Shown: positions 47,257 through 56,930 of the stretch, in pieces
Layout: each line of letters opens with the position of its first letter
How positions within the stretch are numbered: the first letter of the stretch is position 1
Origin: an uncultured Methanoregulaceae archaeon
GTDB taxonomy: Archaea; Halobacteriota; Methanomicrobia; Methanomicrobiales; Methanospirillaceae
Direction: 5' to 3'
Length of the DNA stretch: 64,000 nt
NCBI GenBank assembly: GCA_963841015.1
Contig: CAWJAX010000002.1
Span: 64,001 to 128,000 of the forward strand
The notes under the pieces: generated by a model
The model's database searches: none
What the model saw: only the letters and a program-made list of their open reading frames with translations
Told to the model about the DNA's origin: nothing
Made by a program: the position numbers and the translations under genes

Positions 47257-48380
47257 GAGCACCCTCCTGGCCCCTGGCCACCATTAAACTCAGTGTCGGG
47301 ATTATCGCCACGGCAGCCATGGTTCTGACTCCCGTCTCCGGGTAACATACCCCCTCCACCATCTCCACCATCTCCGCCCTGAGACATGGTCTGGATCATC
47401 GTCGGCCCGTTGACCGCCCCTGCTACCAGAGCTGATGCGCCTCCCGCAAGTACCTCGGCAGTTCCGGTTGTACGCATGCAGTCCTGGGCATTGAGAGGAT
47501 CGGTCAGACAATCGTGCGCCAGAACGATCCGAACGCAGAAGGATATCCCTATAAGGATAGCAAGGGGAATCCTGATATCAGGCAACCGCCCGGTTTGCGG
47601 ATCCCCTTGGTACCTGTCAGCGAGTACAGGTTCCCGGACGAGTGCATACGAGGCAAGTGTTCCAATGATGATATTCACGTACATCAGCGGGTACTGGCTA
47701 ATCTGGAAAACATTGTAAAGAATAAAAGCTGTCAGGAATGGAACGGCTATCCCCATTCCAATGAGCAATTTTCGGGAAAACTTTTTCCGGCCTGGCTGGA
47801 GTGGCATCAGGAAGTTATCAATCGCTTTCCGTTTCCAGATCAGGAGCACTGGCATGGCAACTATCAATAGCGGGGAGATAAAATCAACTCCCTCTCTCAT
47901 GCTGCCTTTTGTCAAAAGAGAGGTAATGGGAATTATGCCTGAATAAACAAACCAGATCACCGCCATAACAATGCCCATCATGATGGATAACCGGTCCCAC
48001 CATATCTGGGGTCTTTTGTTCCAGGGAAGGCTCTTTGAGATCTGGTTGAATGTATCCTTATCCATGATACCGGCCCTGAACTCAGAAAAGTTCTGTGTTC
48101 CCGCTGCTTCGGGCGGGGGGTTGCGAACACCAGATGCGTGGGAGGCTGGTGGCATGTAGGTTGACGTTTGTACTGGCAGGGGAGGTGGTCCCGGCTGCCA
48201 TTGCGTGCCGTTCCAGAAGATCCACCCTGTCCCTCCGGGATCGGGCTGCCACCAGACGCCTTTCTCATCTGTCACTCGTAATTGATCAATAAGAGTCCGG
48301 TATTGCTGGTCGGACAGCGATCCATTCTGCCGTTGTACCTGCAGTTCGGTATATCTCCTTGCCGCTTCACTAAAGTCCAT
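47253..48380 (-). CDS. multi-pass membrane protein with Trp-rich N-terminal domain and DC..DP.NAQDC.RT motif, coupled to the Rhs gene
   Basis: 375 aa; RVTDEKGVWWQPDP..GWIFWNGTQWQPGPPP; ~5 TM helices; Gly-rich tail. Confidence 0.8.
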   Translation of the reverse strand: MDFSEAARRYTELQVQRQNGSLSDQQYRTLIDQLRVTDEKGVWWQPDPGGTGWIFWNGTQWQPGPPPLPVQTSTYMPPASHASGVRNPPPEAAGTQNFSEFRAGIMDKDTFNQISKSLPWNKRPQIWWDRLSIMMGIVMAVIWFVYSGIIPITSLLTKGSMREGVDFISPLLIVAMPVLLIWKRKAIDNFLMPLQPGRKKFSRKLLIGMGIAVPFLTAFILYNVFQISQYPLMYVNIIIGTLASYALVREPVLADRYQGDPQTGRLPDIRIPLAILIGISFCVRIVLAHDCLTDPLNAQDCMRTTGTAEVLAGGASALVAGAVNGPTMIQTMSQGGDGGDGGGGMLPGDGSQNHGCRGDNPDTEFNGGQGPGGCS

Positions 48381-48517
48381 GGACCTTCCCTCTTTTCCAG
48401 ACGGGGATAAGAATAGAAGAAAATTATATTGGTATCTGATTAACCTTGTGTTTTATTTATGAATCTCAATGGATCTTTCTCCAGCCTGGTGCAATTTATT
48501 CCCAAATAATCAAACAG

Positions 48518-49525
48518 CTAAACGAGTGCGCTGGCATTGATCACAGACAGCCCACCCTCCGTCCCAATCCAGAATGTACCTTCCGGGTCTTCCCTCACAA
48601 CCTTCACCTCGTTTCCGGCAAGGCCATCCTTTCTCGTGAGGATCCTGTCTGTTGTTTTGTTCCCCACAAGCACGCCGTCATATTCTGACCCGATCCACAT
48701 CCGCCCGGACTTGTCCTCGTGAACAGACCGCGTCGAAGGGCCGGCCAACCCATCAGCAATCGTGAATGCAATCCATTTGCCGCTGGCATATTTCGCCGCC
48801 CCTCCCTGTCCGGAAAATCCGGTAGCTAACCAGACGGCCCCGTCAGCAGATTGTGTAATATCCCTGACCACCGGGTGGGGCAGACCGTTATCCGTCCCGT
48901 ACACCGTCCAGTTCCGGCCATCAAACCGGAACAATCCCCCATGGGTTGAGGATCCACATCCAATCCAGAGGTCTCCGGAACTATCAAAAAACAATGCATC
49001 TGCAGATGCCAGAGTCATAGAACCCGGAGGAACGATCTCAATCCAGGTCCCATTCATGTATTGAACGATTTTACCTTCGGTCCCAACCCAGATCGAACCA
49101 TCTGCACGAGAAATGACACTGAGGGATTTTGATATGGGTGCCCCGGTATGTTCGTCAAAGACAGTCCATGAATTGTCTGAGAACCGTGCAAGTCCACCAT
49201 CATGGGCAACCCAGACAGAACCTGTTGGATCGTTTGCAATCCCCCGCACGTACCCGAACTGCGGTGCACCGGGGGGAAGAGGTTGCCGGGAACGGTTGAT
49301 CCTGTCAAACACGATTACTCCTCCTTTCCCCCCGGTCCAGACCATGTCCCCGTCAATAAGGATCGTCGATACCTCATCCGGAGGGCGGATGATCGTGAAT
49401 CCTGACGGTGTACTGAGCATCTGGGCATGGCTGAGCAGAAAGCCAGCCACCAGTATGGCCGCAAAAATGATGAGAATACCAGCGCCAACCTGGAGGACAA
49501 CCGGTATATTCCGTTTTATATTCAC
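48518..49525 (-). CDS. membrane-anchored beta-propeller (two-component regulator propeller-like repeats)
   Basis: N-terminal TM helix; repeats GL....V..I..D..G..WIGT..GL. Confidence 0.85.
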   Translation of the reverse strand: MNIKRNIPVVLQVGAGILIIFAAILVAGFLLSHAQMLSTPSGFTIIRPPDEVSTILIDGDMVWTGGKGGVIVFDRINRSRQPLPPGAPQFGYVRGIANDPTGSVWVAHDGGLARFSDNSWTVFDEHTGAPISKSLSVISRADGSIWVGTEGKIVQYMNGTWIEIVPPGSMTLASADALFFDSSGDLWIGCGSSTHGGLFRFDGRNWTVYGTDNGLPHPVVRDITQSADGAVWLATGFSGQGGAAKYASGKWIAFTIADGLAGPSTRSVHEDKSGRMWIGSEYDGVLVGNKTTDRILTRKDGLAGNEVKVVREDPEGTFWIGTEGGLSVINASALV

Positions 49526-49564
49526 CGGATCATCACCTTGAATCCTTGTTCTGCAATCGAACCA

Positions 49565-50239
49565 TCAAACCTTCGAGGTCTTCCCTGTGACAGGTGTTAT
49601 CGTCCCGTTTTCCAGGATAAAAAACTGGTCGCCAATCAGAAGGGCTTCAGCACGATCATGGGTAACATAGACTGTCGCAGCCCCGCTGGTGTGAATCATC
49701 TCCCGGATCAGGGGAATGAGTGAGTCTTTGAGATCCGAATCAAGGTTGATAAGCGGTTCATCGAGCAGCAGGCACCGGGGATTTCCTGCGAGTGCACGGG
49801 CAAGCGCTGTCCTCCGTGCCTGTCCCCCGGAGATTTCACTGGGGTACCGCTCTTTGAGAGAGACCAGATCGGTCATCGTCAGGAGAGTTTCAACCCGTTT
49901 GTTTTGTTCGTCTTTGGGTAGACCCTTAAGGACAAACCGGATATGTTCCTCCAAAGTCAGGTGAGGCCAGAGCGCCGGGGTCTGGAACATCATGCCGATC
50001 CCCCTCCGGGCGGGATGTTCGTGGAACCCGTCTTGATCTACAACCTGCCCATCGATGGAGATCGTTCCGGAATCCGGCGGATCGAGCCCGGCAATCACTC
50101 GCAACAGGGTGGTCTTTCCACTGCCGGAACGGCCAAGGACGACCGCAATTGTGTCATCAGGAACCTGAAATGAAATTCCTGAAAGGACCGGCGTCTTGTT
50201 ATATTGTTTTTTTACACCCGTGCATTCAATCATGCGCAT
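49565..50239 (-). CDS. ABC transporter ATP-binding subunit (FbpC/PotA-like)
   Basis: GRSGSGKT, FQ..ALWPHL, ISGGQARR, LLLDEP, VYVTHD. Confidence 0.92.
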   Translation of the reverse strand: MRMIECTGVKKQYNKTPVLSGISFQVPDDTIAVVLGRSGSGKTTLLRVIAGLDPPDSGTISIDGQVVDQDGFHEHPARRGIGMMFQTPALWPHLTLEEHIRFVLKGLPKDEQNKRVETLLTMTDLVSLKERYPSEISGGQARRTALARALAGNPRCLLLDEPLINLDSDLKDSLIPLIREMIHTSGAATVYVTHDRAEALLIGDQFFILENGTITPVTGKTSKV

Positions 50240-51845
50240 TGCTCCCAAAAAGCCTGAACCTCTTTATCCATATACTGATACCGAACAACGTCAGAAGTGT
50301 TGCGATAGTCGTAATCCCTGCCATGATGACACAGAGACCAGCTACCGCAGAAAATGAGCCATAATGGAGATAATTGTAAATTTTCATCGTCAGGGTCTGG
50401 TGCCCGGGGGCTGCCACCAGCAGGGTTGCACCCAGCTCTCCCAGCGTGAGGGCAAATAAAAATACTGCAGCAATAAATATTCCCGGGGCAATCATCGGAG
50501 AGACGACTCTCCTGTATGATGCTGAACCCAGGTCACCAAGGAACCGGGCAGCATCCAGCAGGACCGGGTCGATCATGTGCACCTGGGCGCTTATGATGAT
50601 AATCGCCACAGGTAAAAACCGTACGATTCCTGCAAACACCGGAAGAAGGAGACCCATAATTGGACCAAGAGTTGTGGCGGCAAACAAGGTAAGCAGCCCC
50701 ATCCCGATAAGTGATGAGGGAATTGCTAGTGACAGGGTGACCAATATCCAGAAAACGTGTTTTGCGTATTTCTCTTTTGGCATGAGAGATACGATACCGG
50801 CAGCCAGCGGGATACCAATCAGAACCGCAAGAATCCCAATCTCGAGAGAGTATACGATTTCCCTACCGGATGTGCTGATCGCTGCCCCAGCAACCGGCAG
50901 GGATCCCATGCTGCCGGCAGTCCCGAAGATGAGGACACCGACCTGCAGTACAATAAGGATAACCGCGGAGTACTGGAGAACACTGAACCATGCCGGCCAG
51001 TCCTGGAGCTGGCTGGTTCCTGTCCCTGTCCAGCCAGGAAATTCACCCATTGCCCGGATGCCCGGCTGACAGAAGACAAGAATACAGACAGCAACTGCAA
51101 TCAGGGGAAGGGCAGCGGCACAGGCTATCGCTATGGCATTCGTCGCGCTGAACGCTGCAAAGATGTCAAGAGCATAGGTATCCACGCTGAAAAGTGACGG
51201 CACACTGTACTCGGTAATCCCCAGCAGGAAAAGAAAACCAAAACCTGCGGAAAGAAGCGGGTACGAGATCGGGATCATGATTTTTGAAAGTACAGTAATA
51301 TCCGTCGATACGACCCGTGCCGCATCGATCAGGTCACGGCTTATGGCATGGAGTGCTATGATCCCGATAAGGCAGGCAAAGGGCAAAAAGGCCATGACCT
51401 GCACCCACCATGCCATAACCCACCCCTGCAGCGCAAACGGCTGGTAACTGGTCCCGGTGACAAGCGTGTTGAACGCGGAGATTATATTGTTCCAGGCCAG
51501 AGCATGAATATACGGCGGGATTGGGAGCAGTGCGATGATAAGCACTATCATGGCTCGTGACACCCCCCGGGAGAACCGTGGGATTGCTGTAGCATAAAGT
51601 ATGCCCATAAGTAATGCTGATACTGAGCAAACCGCAGCATACACTGTGCTTTTAAGGAGAAGCAGCCCGGATCGTCCCGACCAGACCAGCTGGGTGGTTA
51701 TTCCCGAATCCCCGCGTACAAGAGAAATGCAAAAAAGGAACAGGATAACTCCAATGGGAAGAAGGATGGGAAGCAAAAGAAGAATGAGTATCATGAACCG
51801 GACAATACACCCGGAAGAGATCTTGCCAAATATCATGGAATGCAT
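50226..51845 (-). CDS. Fe3+-type ABC transporter permease (FbpB-like, two EAA-like loops)
   Basis: ~12 TM helices; LIDAARV and LLDAARFLG. Confidence 0.88.
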   Translation of the reverse strand: MHSMIFGKISSGCIVRFMILILLLLPILLPIGVILFLFCISLVRGDSGITTQLVWSGRSGLLLLKSTVYAAVCSVSALLMGILYATAIPRFSRGVSRAMIVLIIALLPIPPYIHALAWNNIISAFNTLVTGTSYQPFALQGWVMAWWVQVMAFLPFACLIGIIALHAISRDLIDAARVVSTDITVLSKIMIPISYPLLSAGFGFLFLLGITEYSVPSLFSVDTYALDIFAAFSATNAIAIACAAALPLIAVAVCILVFCQPGIRAMGEFPGWTGTGTSQLQDWPAWFSVLQYSAVILIVLQVGVLIFGTAGSMGSLPVAGAAISTSGREIVYSLEIGILAVLIGIPLAAGIVSLMPKEKYAKHVFWILVTLSLAIPSSLIGMGLLTLFAATTLGPIMGLLLPVFAGIVRFLPVAIIIISAQVHMIDPVLLDAARFLGDLGSASYRRVVSPMIAPGIFIAAVFLFALTLGELGATLLVAAPGHQTLTMKIYNYLHYGSFSAVAGLCVIMAGITTIATLLTLFGISIWIKRFRLFGSNAHD

Positions 51846-51873
51846 AATCTGGTCCTTGTCAGCCTGACCGTTG

Positions 51874-52929
51874 TCAGCGAATGAATATCCCCCTCAGATC
51901 CTGCTGGCTTTGTGCAAGATACGGGAATATCTCCGTATAACTGGTATTCATCGTGCGGATACCGGTCGAATTCATGCACGGGTTCATTATTCCTCCGTCC
52001 CGTACCGGGATCTGGATCCAGCCGGATTTTACAAGGTGAGCTTCTGTGTCTTTGTTGAGCAGGTAATCCACGAATTGCCGTGCTTCCTGTTCATGGGGGG
52101 CACCTGCAATAACGGCGATAGTATTCGGGATGATAAGGGTTCCGAGCCCGTTTGTTTCCTGGTCTGGCAGGACAATGATGACCGGCGCTCCCCGTTCCAC
52201 CGCCCCGCATGCATCGTCCGTATCCGTGAGCCCGAAGGTCAGCTGCCCATTGGCAACAAGGTCACGGACAACAGAATTCCCGTCAACAACACGCACCCCC
52301 CGGTCGTTGAGACGGTTGAAAAATTCCTGTCCTTTATCCCTGCCAAGGATGGCATACATGGCAGCAGCATGGGTAGATGTAGTACCGAACATCGGGTACG
52401 CAATCCCTAAAGAATCTGCAGGGTAACGATCATCAAAAAAATCATAGATGGATTTGGGCGCCGTAATTGTACCCAGACGTTTGGTATTTACCAGCAGAAC
52501 CCTTCCCCGTCCCCCAAAACCCGTCCATGATCCATTCGGGCTTTTATATTGAGGGGGAATATCTGCAGCAGACGGGGATTCATACCTCTCCAGCACCCCT
52601 TCCTGCTCCAGCAGCATGGTCTGGACAATCTCCCCGCTCCAGAAAACATCTGCCTGGGGATGTGCTTTTTCAGCGATGAGCCGGTTTACCAGACCCGTGG
52701 TCTTTGCAGCTTCAACATCGTAAACGGCACGTACATGGATGCCGGTCCTTTTTTCAAACTCAAAAAAAAGCGGTTCTGAATATACCTGGTCAACAGAAGT
52801 ATAAATTACGACTTCACGAGATGATTGTGTCCCCAGCTCGTCATGGAACAGGAACAGCAAGGGTGCAATAACCAGTATCATAACGGCAAGTACAATAAAA
52901 AGCACATGTCTGCCTTCCATGGGTCTCAC
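51874..52929 (-). CDS. Fe3+-type ABC transporter substrate-binding protein
   Basis: VVIYTSVDQ...RLIAEK..PQADVFWS...GLTDTDD; N-terminal TM anchor. Confidence 0.88.
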   Translation of the reverse strand: MRPMEGRHVLFIVLAVMILVIAPLLFLFHDELGTQSSREVVIYTSVDQVYSEPLFFEFEKRTGIHVRAVYDVEAAKTTGLVNRLIAEKAHPQADVFWSGEIVQTMLLEQEGVLERYESPSAADIPPQYKSPNGSWTGFGGRGRVLLVNTKRLGTITAPKSIYDFFDDRYPADSLGIAYPMFGTTSTHAAAMYAILGRDKGQEFFNRLNDRGVRVVDGNSVVRDLVANGQLTFGLTDTDDACGAVERGAPVIIVLPDQETNGLGTLIIPNTIAVIAGAPHEQEARQFVDYLLNKDTEAHLVKSGWIQIPVRDGGIMNPCMNSTGIRTMNTSYTEIFPYLAQSQQDLRGIFIR

Positions 52930-53140
52930 ACAATCATTCAGGTATGATGATTGATTGTATCAGGCAGTTCATATATAACATGTAGTCTTTTTTTCCCGAA
53001 AAGTTGCCTGACGATCTTTTGGGTATGCTCTGTAGCATTTTTTTGATTACCTTGGGTAAAAAGAGTTATTGTCTGTTGGAATGATGGAAATGTTCAACAG
53101 GTTTTCCTCAAAATTTTAAATCATTTTTTAAGAACCTGAA

Positions 53141-53231
53141 TTTCCCGGTTTTTTCAGGATTTTTCATAGGAGTCACAAAGCTGCGGTTCAATACTTGACA
53201 AGATTTCTCTTTGCTCTTCCTTCACCCGCTG
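53141..53231 (-). repeat. dispersed intergenic repeat, copy 3 (inverted, diverged)
   Basis: Reverse complement reads cgggtgaaggaagagcaaagagaaatctt...gcag...gact...aaatcctgaaaaaa. Confidence 0.8.
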
Positions 53232-53560
53232 ATAAAATATCTTCCAGGTTTTTCCTTGATCGCATTTTGGCCCTTTGCCCGGTTTGCCTTTGTCTGGATA
53301 ATTTTTGGTAATATTTCCTAAATTTGGATTACCCTTTTTTACCCCATAAAATTATCTGATAGACCTTCAACCACCCGACCAGAGGTTATGACGTAAAAAA
53401 GGACCAGCAGGGTAAAACCTTTACCTTAAAATTGAATTTGATAAAAAAATAGTGCAAAAAATTAAAAAATCAGTCATTATACGGGACTGCTCTATTAAAA
53501 GATACATCAGCATGTAAAAGTCTTTACTATCCAAAAAAACTGATTAATTAAAATATTTTT

Positions 53561-54337
53561 TTACTTCATAAGTGCGTTGACCTGTTGTGAGTGCGCTAGT
53601 GCATCATAATAGTAATCCTCGCACTTAAAATAAAAGTCATCGCTTCCATAAAAATCCCCTGAATTTTCTTTGTCTACTGCCTGAACACACAGATCTGATG
53701 CAGTCCGTAAATCTTCAAGGAAGGCAATATATTCTTGTGCCGCAGATTTCTTTGTTGTAGCACCCGCAGCAAGTTGCCTCATTTCTGGAAGATTTTGATC
53801 AATATACGTCCTCAAAAGGGCAGCGTTGATACGAATTTTTGCTGTATCCCATTGAGTAAAACCGTAAGAAACAGCTTGAATGGGAGGTGTCATCCAAGCA
53901 TCCATCTCAGTCATTTTAGCAAGTGCTGCTGTATCCCCACTCATTGAGAATACCGCAGATTGTGGTGCATATGTTGTTTGTGGGGGATTAGAGTATGATG
54001 CACCTAAAACTGCATAACCGATTATACTGACAATAATTATCAGGAGAATTATCACCCCCCCAAAAATAGCAACCCATTCAACAGTAGATCTCTTTTTCGT
54101 CATTCTCTCAGTAGCAGACCCTTGCGGTTGCTGTGCAGATGTATGGACAGCGGGAATTTCCTTTTCCTTTTTCATTGGGGGAATATACAATACTGGTTGT
54201 ACGGATTGTTGGGTTGGTGCTGGTTGTGATATAGGTAATTGATCTGTAGCTGATGAAACAGAAAGGGCTGTTCCACAATTTTCACAGAATTTGTCATCAG
54301 GTGTATTTTCTCCACAATTTGGACATACCTTTTCCAT
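53561..54337 (-). CDS. zinc-ribbon + single TM + helical extracellular domain protein
   Basis: CPNCG..FCENCG, Pro/Gln linker, one TM helix; visibly more AT-rich than neighbours. Confidence 0.8.
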   Translation of the reverse strand: MEKVCPNCGENTPDDKFCENCGTALSVSSATDQLPISQPAPTQQSVQPVLYIPPMKKEKEIPAVHTSAQQPQGSATERMTKKRSTVEWVAIFGGVIILLIIIVSIIGYAVLGASYSNPPQTTYAPQSAVFSMSGDTAALAKMTEMDAWMTPPIQAVSYGFTQWDTAKIRINAALLRTYIDQNLPEMRQLAAGATTKKSAAQEYIAFLEDLRTASDLCVQAVDKENSGDFYGSDDFYFKCEDYYYDALAHSQQVNALMK

Positions 54338-54404
54338 TTCAACCCCTCGTATTGATTATTGTGTGATTACCGGTTCATACGATAAGTTTATTGTTTTAAT
54401 AAAA

Positions 54405-54825
54405 AATTATAACAATACCTGGAGTGAACTCCCTACCCGGATGGAACAGTATACCAACGGACGGTACTATTATAGTACCACGACGTCAGGATTTCCGTAG
54501 TATGCCGTGACTTGAAAAGGAAAGGGAGTACCCGCAACAACTCCGATGCTGGTTTCACTGGTAACAAACATCCAGCAGATAAAAACTCAAACCACGACCA
54601 GTGCTGCCACCCGTCCTTTGCACTCCAATCGCAGTTCGCACGAAACCTGTGACGACCCCGACCATTCTACCCCCGGTTTCATACCCTGAATTGCCTGAAT
54701 TTCCAACGCTGTGGATTGTTTTTGGTGTTGCAGGATTCGCCGGCATTGTCCTTATTATCGCTTTTATCCGACGCTGGTGGATCCGCAGGCAGAACCCGGC
54801 ACTGTTCCGGAAATACGAAATAAAG
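54405..54825 (+). pseudogene. 3' remnant of a PGF-pre-PGF surface protein gene
   Basis: WSELPT..GRYYYSTTTSGFP*YAV, Thr/Pro linker, TM helix and RRWWIRRQNPALFRKYE tail. Confidence 0.7.
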
Positions 54826-55215
54826 CGAAGGGGCAGATTCTTCGGCGTTGTACTGTATATACAAAGCAATAAGAAATCCGATTTCAACCTATCCTGATAA
54901 TGAAAAGCAGATTCACAAGGAGTGGTTTCAATGAAGAAGTATTTTTTTACGTTCTGGTTACGGGGGATATGATTGCTCCCCAGCCTGGCAACCCCCACAG
55001 GAAAAAAGGGTAAGATTACTTTTTTGCTCCTCCCGCCACCTGTTTGAGAGATGCAATGCCCTGGTCTCCCGATAGAACTGGCCTGGTCAGCAGGAACGAG
55101 CTCGGGAGATTGACAAACAAATCGATAACCTGATCAGGTGTTCCGTACCGGTTCGCTCTCCCCTCCAATCCCCCACCACCCTTATATCATCCCCAACCAT
55201 ACAAAATAATCAAGC

Positions 55216-56130
55216 ATGTCTCCTGATCCCGACCAGCAGGAACCTGAAATACCCCTCGATAATCGAACCTACCTGGCCCCCACCTGGTGCTCCCTCCCCT
55301 GGACGCCATGGGTACCGTTCACCGCAGATAAAGAAGAATTCCGCACTATCCCAAAAGAACCCGGCCTTTACCGTATACGACCGACGGGCAAAGATTTCCT
55401 GATGTACATCGGTGAAACCAGAAGGCAGCTCCACGGGCGGCTCCACGAACTTCGTCACACGCTTCACCGGGGAGAACTGATGCCATGGAGTGAACCCATG
55501 AATGAAGCACCGTCATTATGGGCCTGGCAGAATGCTGAGGGATACACGTACGAATGCTCAGCCACCCCGCTGGATGCTTCACTCTGGGGAAGGCGGGGAA
55601 TGATGAGTTATCTCCTCTGCCAGTACCGGCAGGAGCACGGTGAATCAACACTCTGCAATTTCGGGCGGTTCCACCCACGCTACCGGAGATCCACGAACCG
55701 GAAGGAAAACAAGCGGGGCGGGAAACTCGAGGAGAACCATCTGGATAACCCTGCGGGCGGGCCGAGTATAAAACCGTTACCGGTCATGGGGACACCCGGG
55801 GAGCGGTACTGGATGGGGATCGGATGGATCGGGAAACTCCCGCTTGACGGGGAATCGGTCAATAAGGTTCCTCCCGGGGCGGGATTATACCTCCTGTTTG
55901 AACGGGATACCCAGAACCTCGTCTATATCGGCCAGTCAGCTGATTGCGCACACCGACTCCGGAGTCACGCGATGCAACTGCTGGATGAAAAGGATATGCT
56001 GTTCTCGTATTTTATCGAGAAAAAACCCCTGCTCCCGCATAACTTAAAAGAGCAGGAAAATGACCTGATCGGGAACTATTTCGACATATACCGGAAAGCA
56101 CCGCGGTACCAGTTTGGGAAGAGCCGGTAA
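55216..56130 (+). CDS. tandem GIY-YIG nuclease-domain protein
   Basis: PGLYRI..MYIGET..L..RL and AGLYLL..VYIGQS....RL..H..E..LI. Confidence 0.8.
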   Translation: MSPDPDQQEPEIPLDNRTYLAPTWCSLPWTPWVPFTADKEEFRTIPKEPGLYRIRPTGKDFLMYIGETRRQLHGRLHELRHTLHRGELMPWSEPMNEAPSLWAWQNAEGYTYECSATPLDASLWGRRGMMSYLLCQYRQEHGESTLCNFGRFHPRYRRSTNRKENKRGGKLEENHLDNPAGGPSIKPLPVMGTPGERYWMGIGWIGKLPLDGESVNKVPPGAGLYLLFERDTQNLVYIGQSADCAHRLRSHAMQLLDEKDMLFSYFIEKKPLLPHNLKEQENDLIGNYFDIYRKAPRYQFGKSR

Positions 56131-56194
56131 AATTCCTTTCCCTAAGAAAACGTGCAAAATATCGTAAAAAAGCTGAAATACGACCGGTAAGACA

Positions 56195-56845
56195 ATGGAT
56201 CAAAAAATAATAACCGTTTTCTTCCTGATGCTTGCATGCGCAATTGTTCTCTCGTTTACCGCACACATTTTTGCAGTTTTCCCCTTTGATCTGAAGATTT
56301 CCCATGAACTGCAGGAAGAGAAAAACCCGGTGTTTGCTTTCGTTATGAAGGAGATAAGTGTAATCGGGAACACCTGGATCGGAATTGTATTGATCGGGGC
56401 AGTATCGGTTTTTTATTTTGTCAGGCGGCAGGTGCCAGAAGCTGTTTTTATCCTTGCCACCTTGAGTATTTTCGTTCTCACTGCATTTCTCAAGGTGTTG
56501 GTTGCCCGCCCGCGTCCTCCGTATTTTTTCCCGGATCCGGCTGATATCTTCCAGTCCATCAACCAGTATAGTTTCCCGAGCGGGCATGTCCTCTTTTTTG
56601 TCGTCTTCTTTGGTTTCATCGCCTATCTTGCATGGCTTCACCAGACCGGATTTGCCCGGATATTTGTTATGGCAATCTGTTGTGCCCTTATCCTGCTCAT
56701 CGGGCCTTCACGGGTATATCTTGGGGCACACTGGGCAAGTGATGTAGTGGGAAGTTATATTATCGGAGTCTTGTGGCTGTTCGTGCTCATACTCGGGTAT
56801 CAGATGGTAGTGCACAAGAGAACTGCCAGATTAATGGACATCTGA
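56195..56845 (+). CDS. PAP2-family phosphatase
   Basis: K.LVARPRP, SFPSGH, SRVYLGAHWASDV. Confidence 0.93.
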   Translation: MDQKIITVFFLMLACAIVLSFTAHIFAVFPFDLKISHELQEEKNPVFAFVMKEISVIGNTWIGIVLIGAVSVFYFVRRQVPEAVFILATLSIFVLTAFLKVLVARPRPPYFFPDPADIFQSINQYSFPSGHVLFFVVFFGFIAYLAWLHQTGFARIFVMAICCALILLIGPSRVYLGAHWASDVVGSYIIGVLWLFVLILGYQMVVHKRTARLMDI

Positions 56846-56930
56846 CGTGCATACGATCGGGCTCTCGAGGAATCTTTTTGGAATATACTCCCTTGTGCCG
56901 GGAAGAAATGCTGTTGTGACACAGATACCG

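Noticed and set aside
47253-47262. Membrane protein and Rhs as one frameshifted gene
   Set aside because: A clean ATGA stop/start overlap and the duplicated junction motif favour two coupled genes, although reads should confirm this.
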